DNA of 24,000 nt from NCBI GenBank assembly GCA_965225765.1, contig CBDDBO010000002.1, forward strand, positions 1,875,712 to 1,899,711, written 5' to 3'. The DNA is from Pseudomonadales bacterium (GTDB lineage Bacteria; Pseudomonadota; Gammaproteobacteria; Pseudomonadales; DT-91). Numbering within the stretch: position 1 is the stretch's first letter; the number at the start of each line of letters is the position of its first letter. A model generated the notes under the pieces. It had not been told where the DNA came from. It searched no databases and saw only the letters and a list, made by a program, of their open reading frames with translations. A program made the position numbers and the translations under genes. Below are positions 23,544 through 24,000 of the stretch, piece after piece.

Positions 23544-23978
23544 TTGATGGAAAAGCACCCGGGTGCTTCCAGACGCACAACCGAAAGAGATATTGCTCAA
23601 CTCATTAAAGAGGGTAAAGTGGTAGCTCGCGGTGAAGGGCGAACTAAACGCTACCTCCCAAAAGTATCAACTACACTGGATATATTAATAGAAGGTCAGC
23701 AACACCTACCTATCAAGCAAGTCTTAGCCGAACCTGACCCATTGCGCTTAGCCTGGAGGACCTTAATTAAACACACCATTCATCAAGTTGTCACCCATCC
23801 CGACCTTGACCCGCTGATCACCATAACCGAAACGGTTACTCAAGAAGTCCCTGAGGCGGATTGTGATAATGTACAAGCCTTAATTATTGAAGAGCTTCGT
23901 CGCACTCATGAAGGTGTATTAGCTCGTTATGGCTTAAAGCCTTCAGAGCTTAAATACTGGAAAAGGATTAACGGTTAA
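23544..23978 (+). CDS. Hypothetical protein with an N-terminal winged-helix-like segment
   Basis: Track ORF (TTG at 23544 or ATG at 23547). SRRTTERDIAQLIKEGKVVARGEGRTKRY looks like the recognition helix and wing of a DeoR/MarR-type wHTH. The first helix seems to lie upstream of an in-frame TGA (23511), so the gene may be truncated. Confidence 0.45.
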   Translation: MMEKHPGASRRTTERDIAQLIKEGKVVARGEGRTKRYLPKVSTTLDILIEGQQHLPIKQVLAEPDPLRLAWRTLIKHTIHQVVTHPDLDPLITITETVTQEVPEADCDNVQALIIEELRRTHEGVLARYGLKPSELKYWKRING

Positions 23979-24000
23979 AAATTTCAACATAAATTTTTTA

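Noticed and set aside
1-24000. CRISPR arrays, rRNA and tRNA genes
   Set aside because: Reading both strands, I found no regularly spaced 25-40-bp repeats with unique spacers, and no rRNA-like or cloverleaf-compatible segments.

Overview
This is a gammaproteobacterial-looking chromosomal window. The taxon is inferred only from the gene content and the AT-leaning sequence. A conserved core block, creB-creC-creD plus an RDD-family membrane protein (10.8-15.3 kb, + strand), is flanked by two accessory regions. LEFT (1-10.6 kb, all on the - strand) reads: WYL-domain (BrxR/CapW-like) regulator, then an N-terminally anchored membrane protein, then two small ORFs, then a 58-aa ribbon-helix-helix ORF missing from the ORF track, then a 1740-aa gene, then an SNF2 helicase. 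The second small ORF is split by a 1481-bp IS5-type insertion sequence with a 6-bp target duplication. The 1740-aa gene fuses a DEXH helicase, a Zn-ribbon, DUF1998 and a Vsr/DUF559-like nuclease. It is ATGA-coupled to the SNF2 helicase, whose 3' end runs off the left edge. This fused helicase-nuclease/SNF2 operon is the best candidate for an undescribed defence system. It resembles DISARM, Druantia and Hhe, but I do not recognise this exact architecture. RIGHT (15.3-24 kb) is a toxin-antitoxin-rich islet with no integrase. It holds a ParD-like/zeta-toxin pair bracketed by two paralogous AlpA/Xis-like HTH genes, two divergent hipBA modules in tandem, a family-IV esterase, an AAA_14/DUF4143 ATPase and a small wHTH ORF. 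The spacers contain several non-random structures: twin palindromic operators, a 22-bp perfect palindrome, a MITE-like element, a ~50-bp tandem leader repeat and an 11-mer direct repeat. I found no rRNA, tRNA or CRISPR array.
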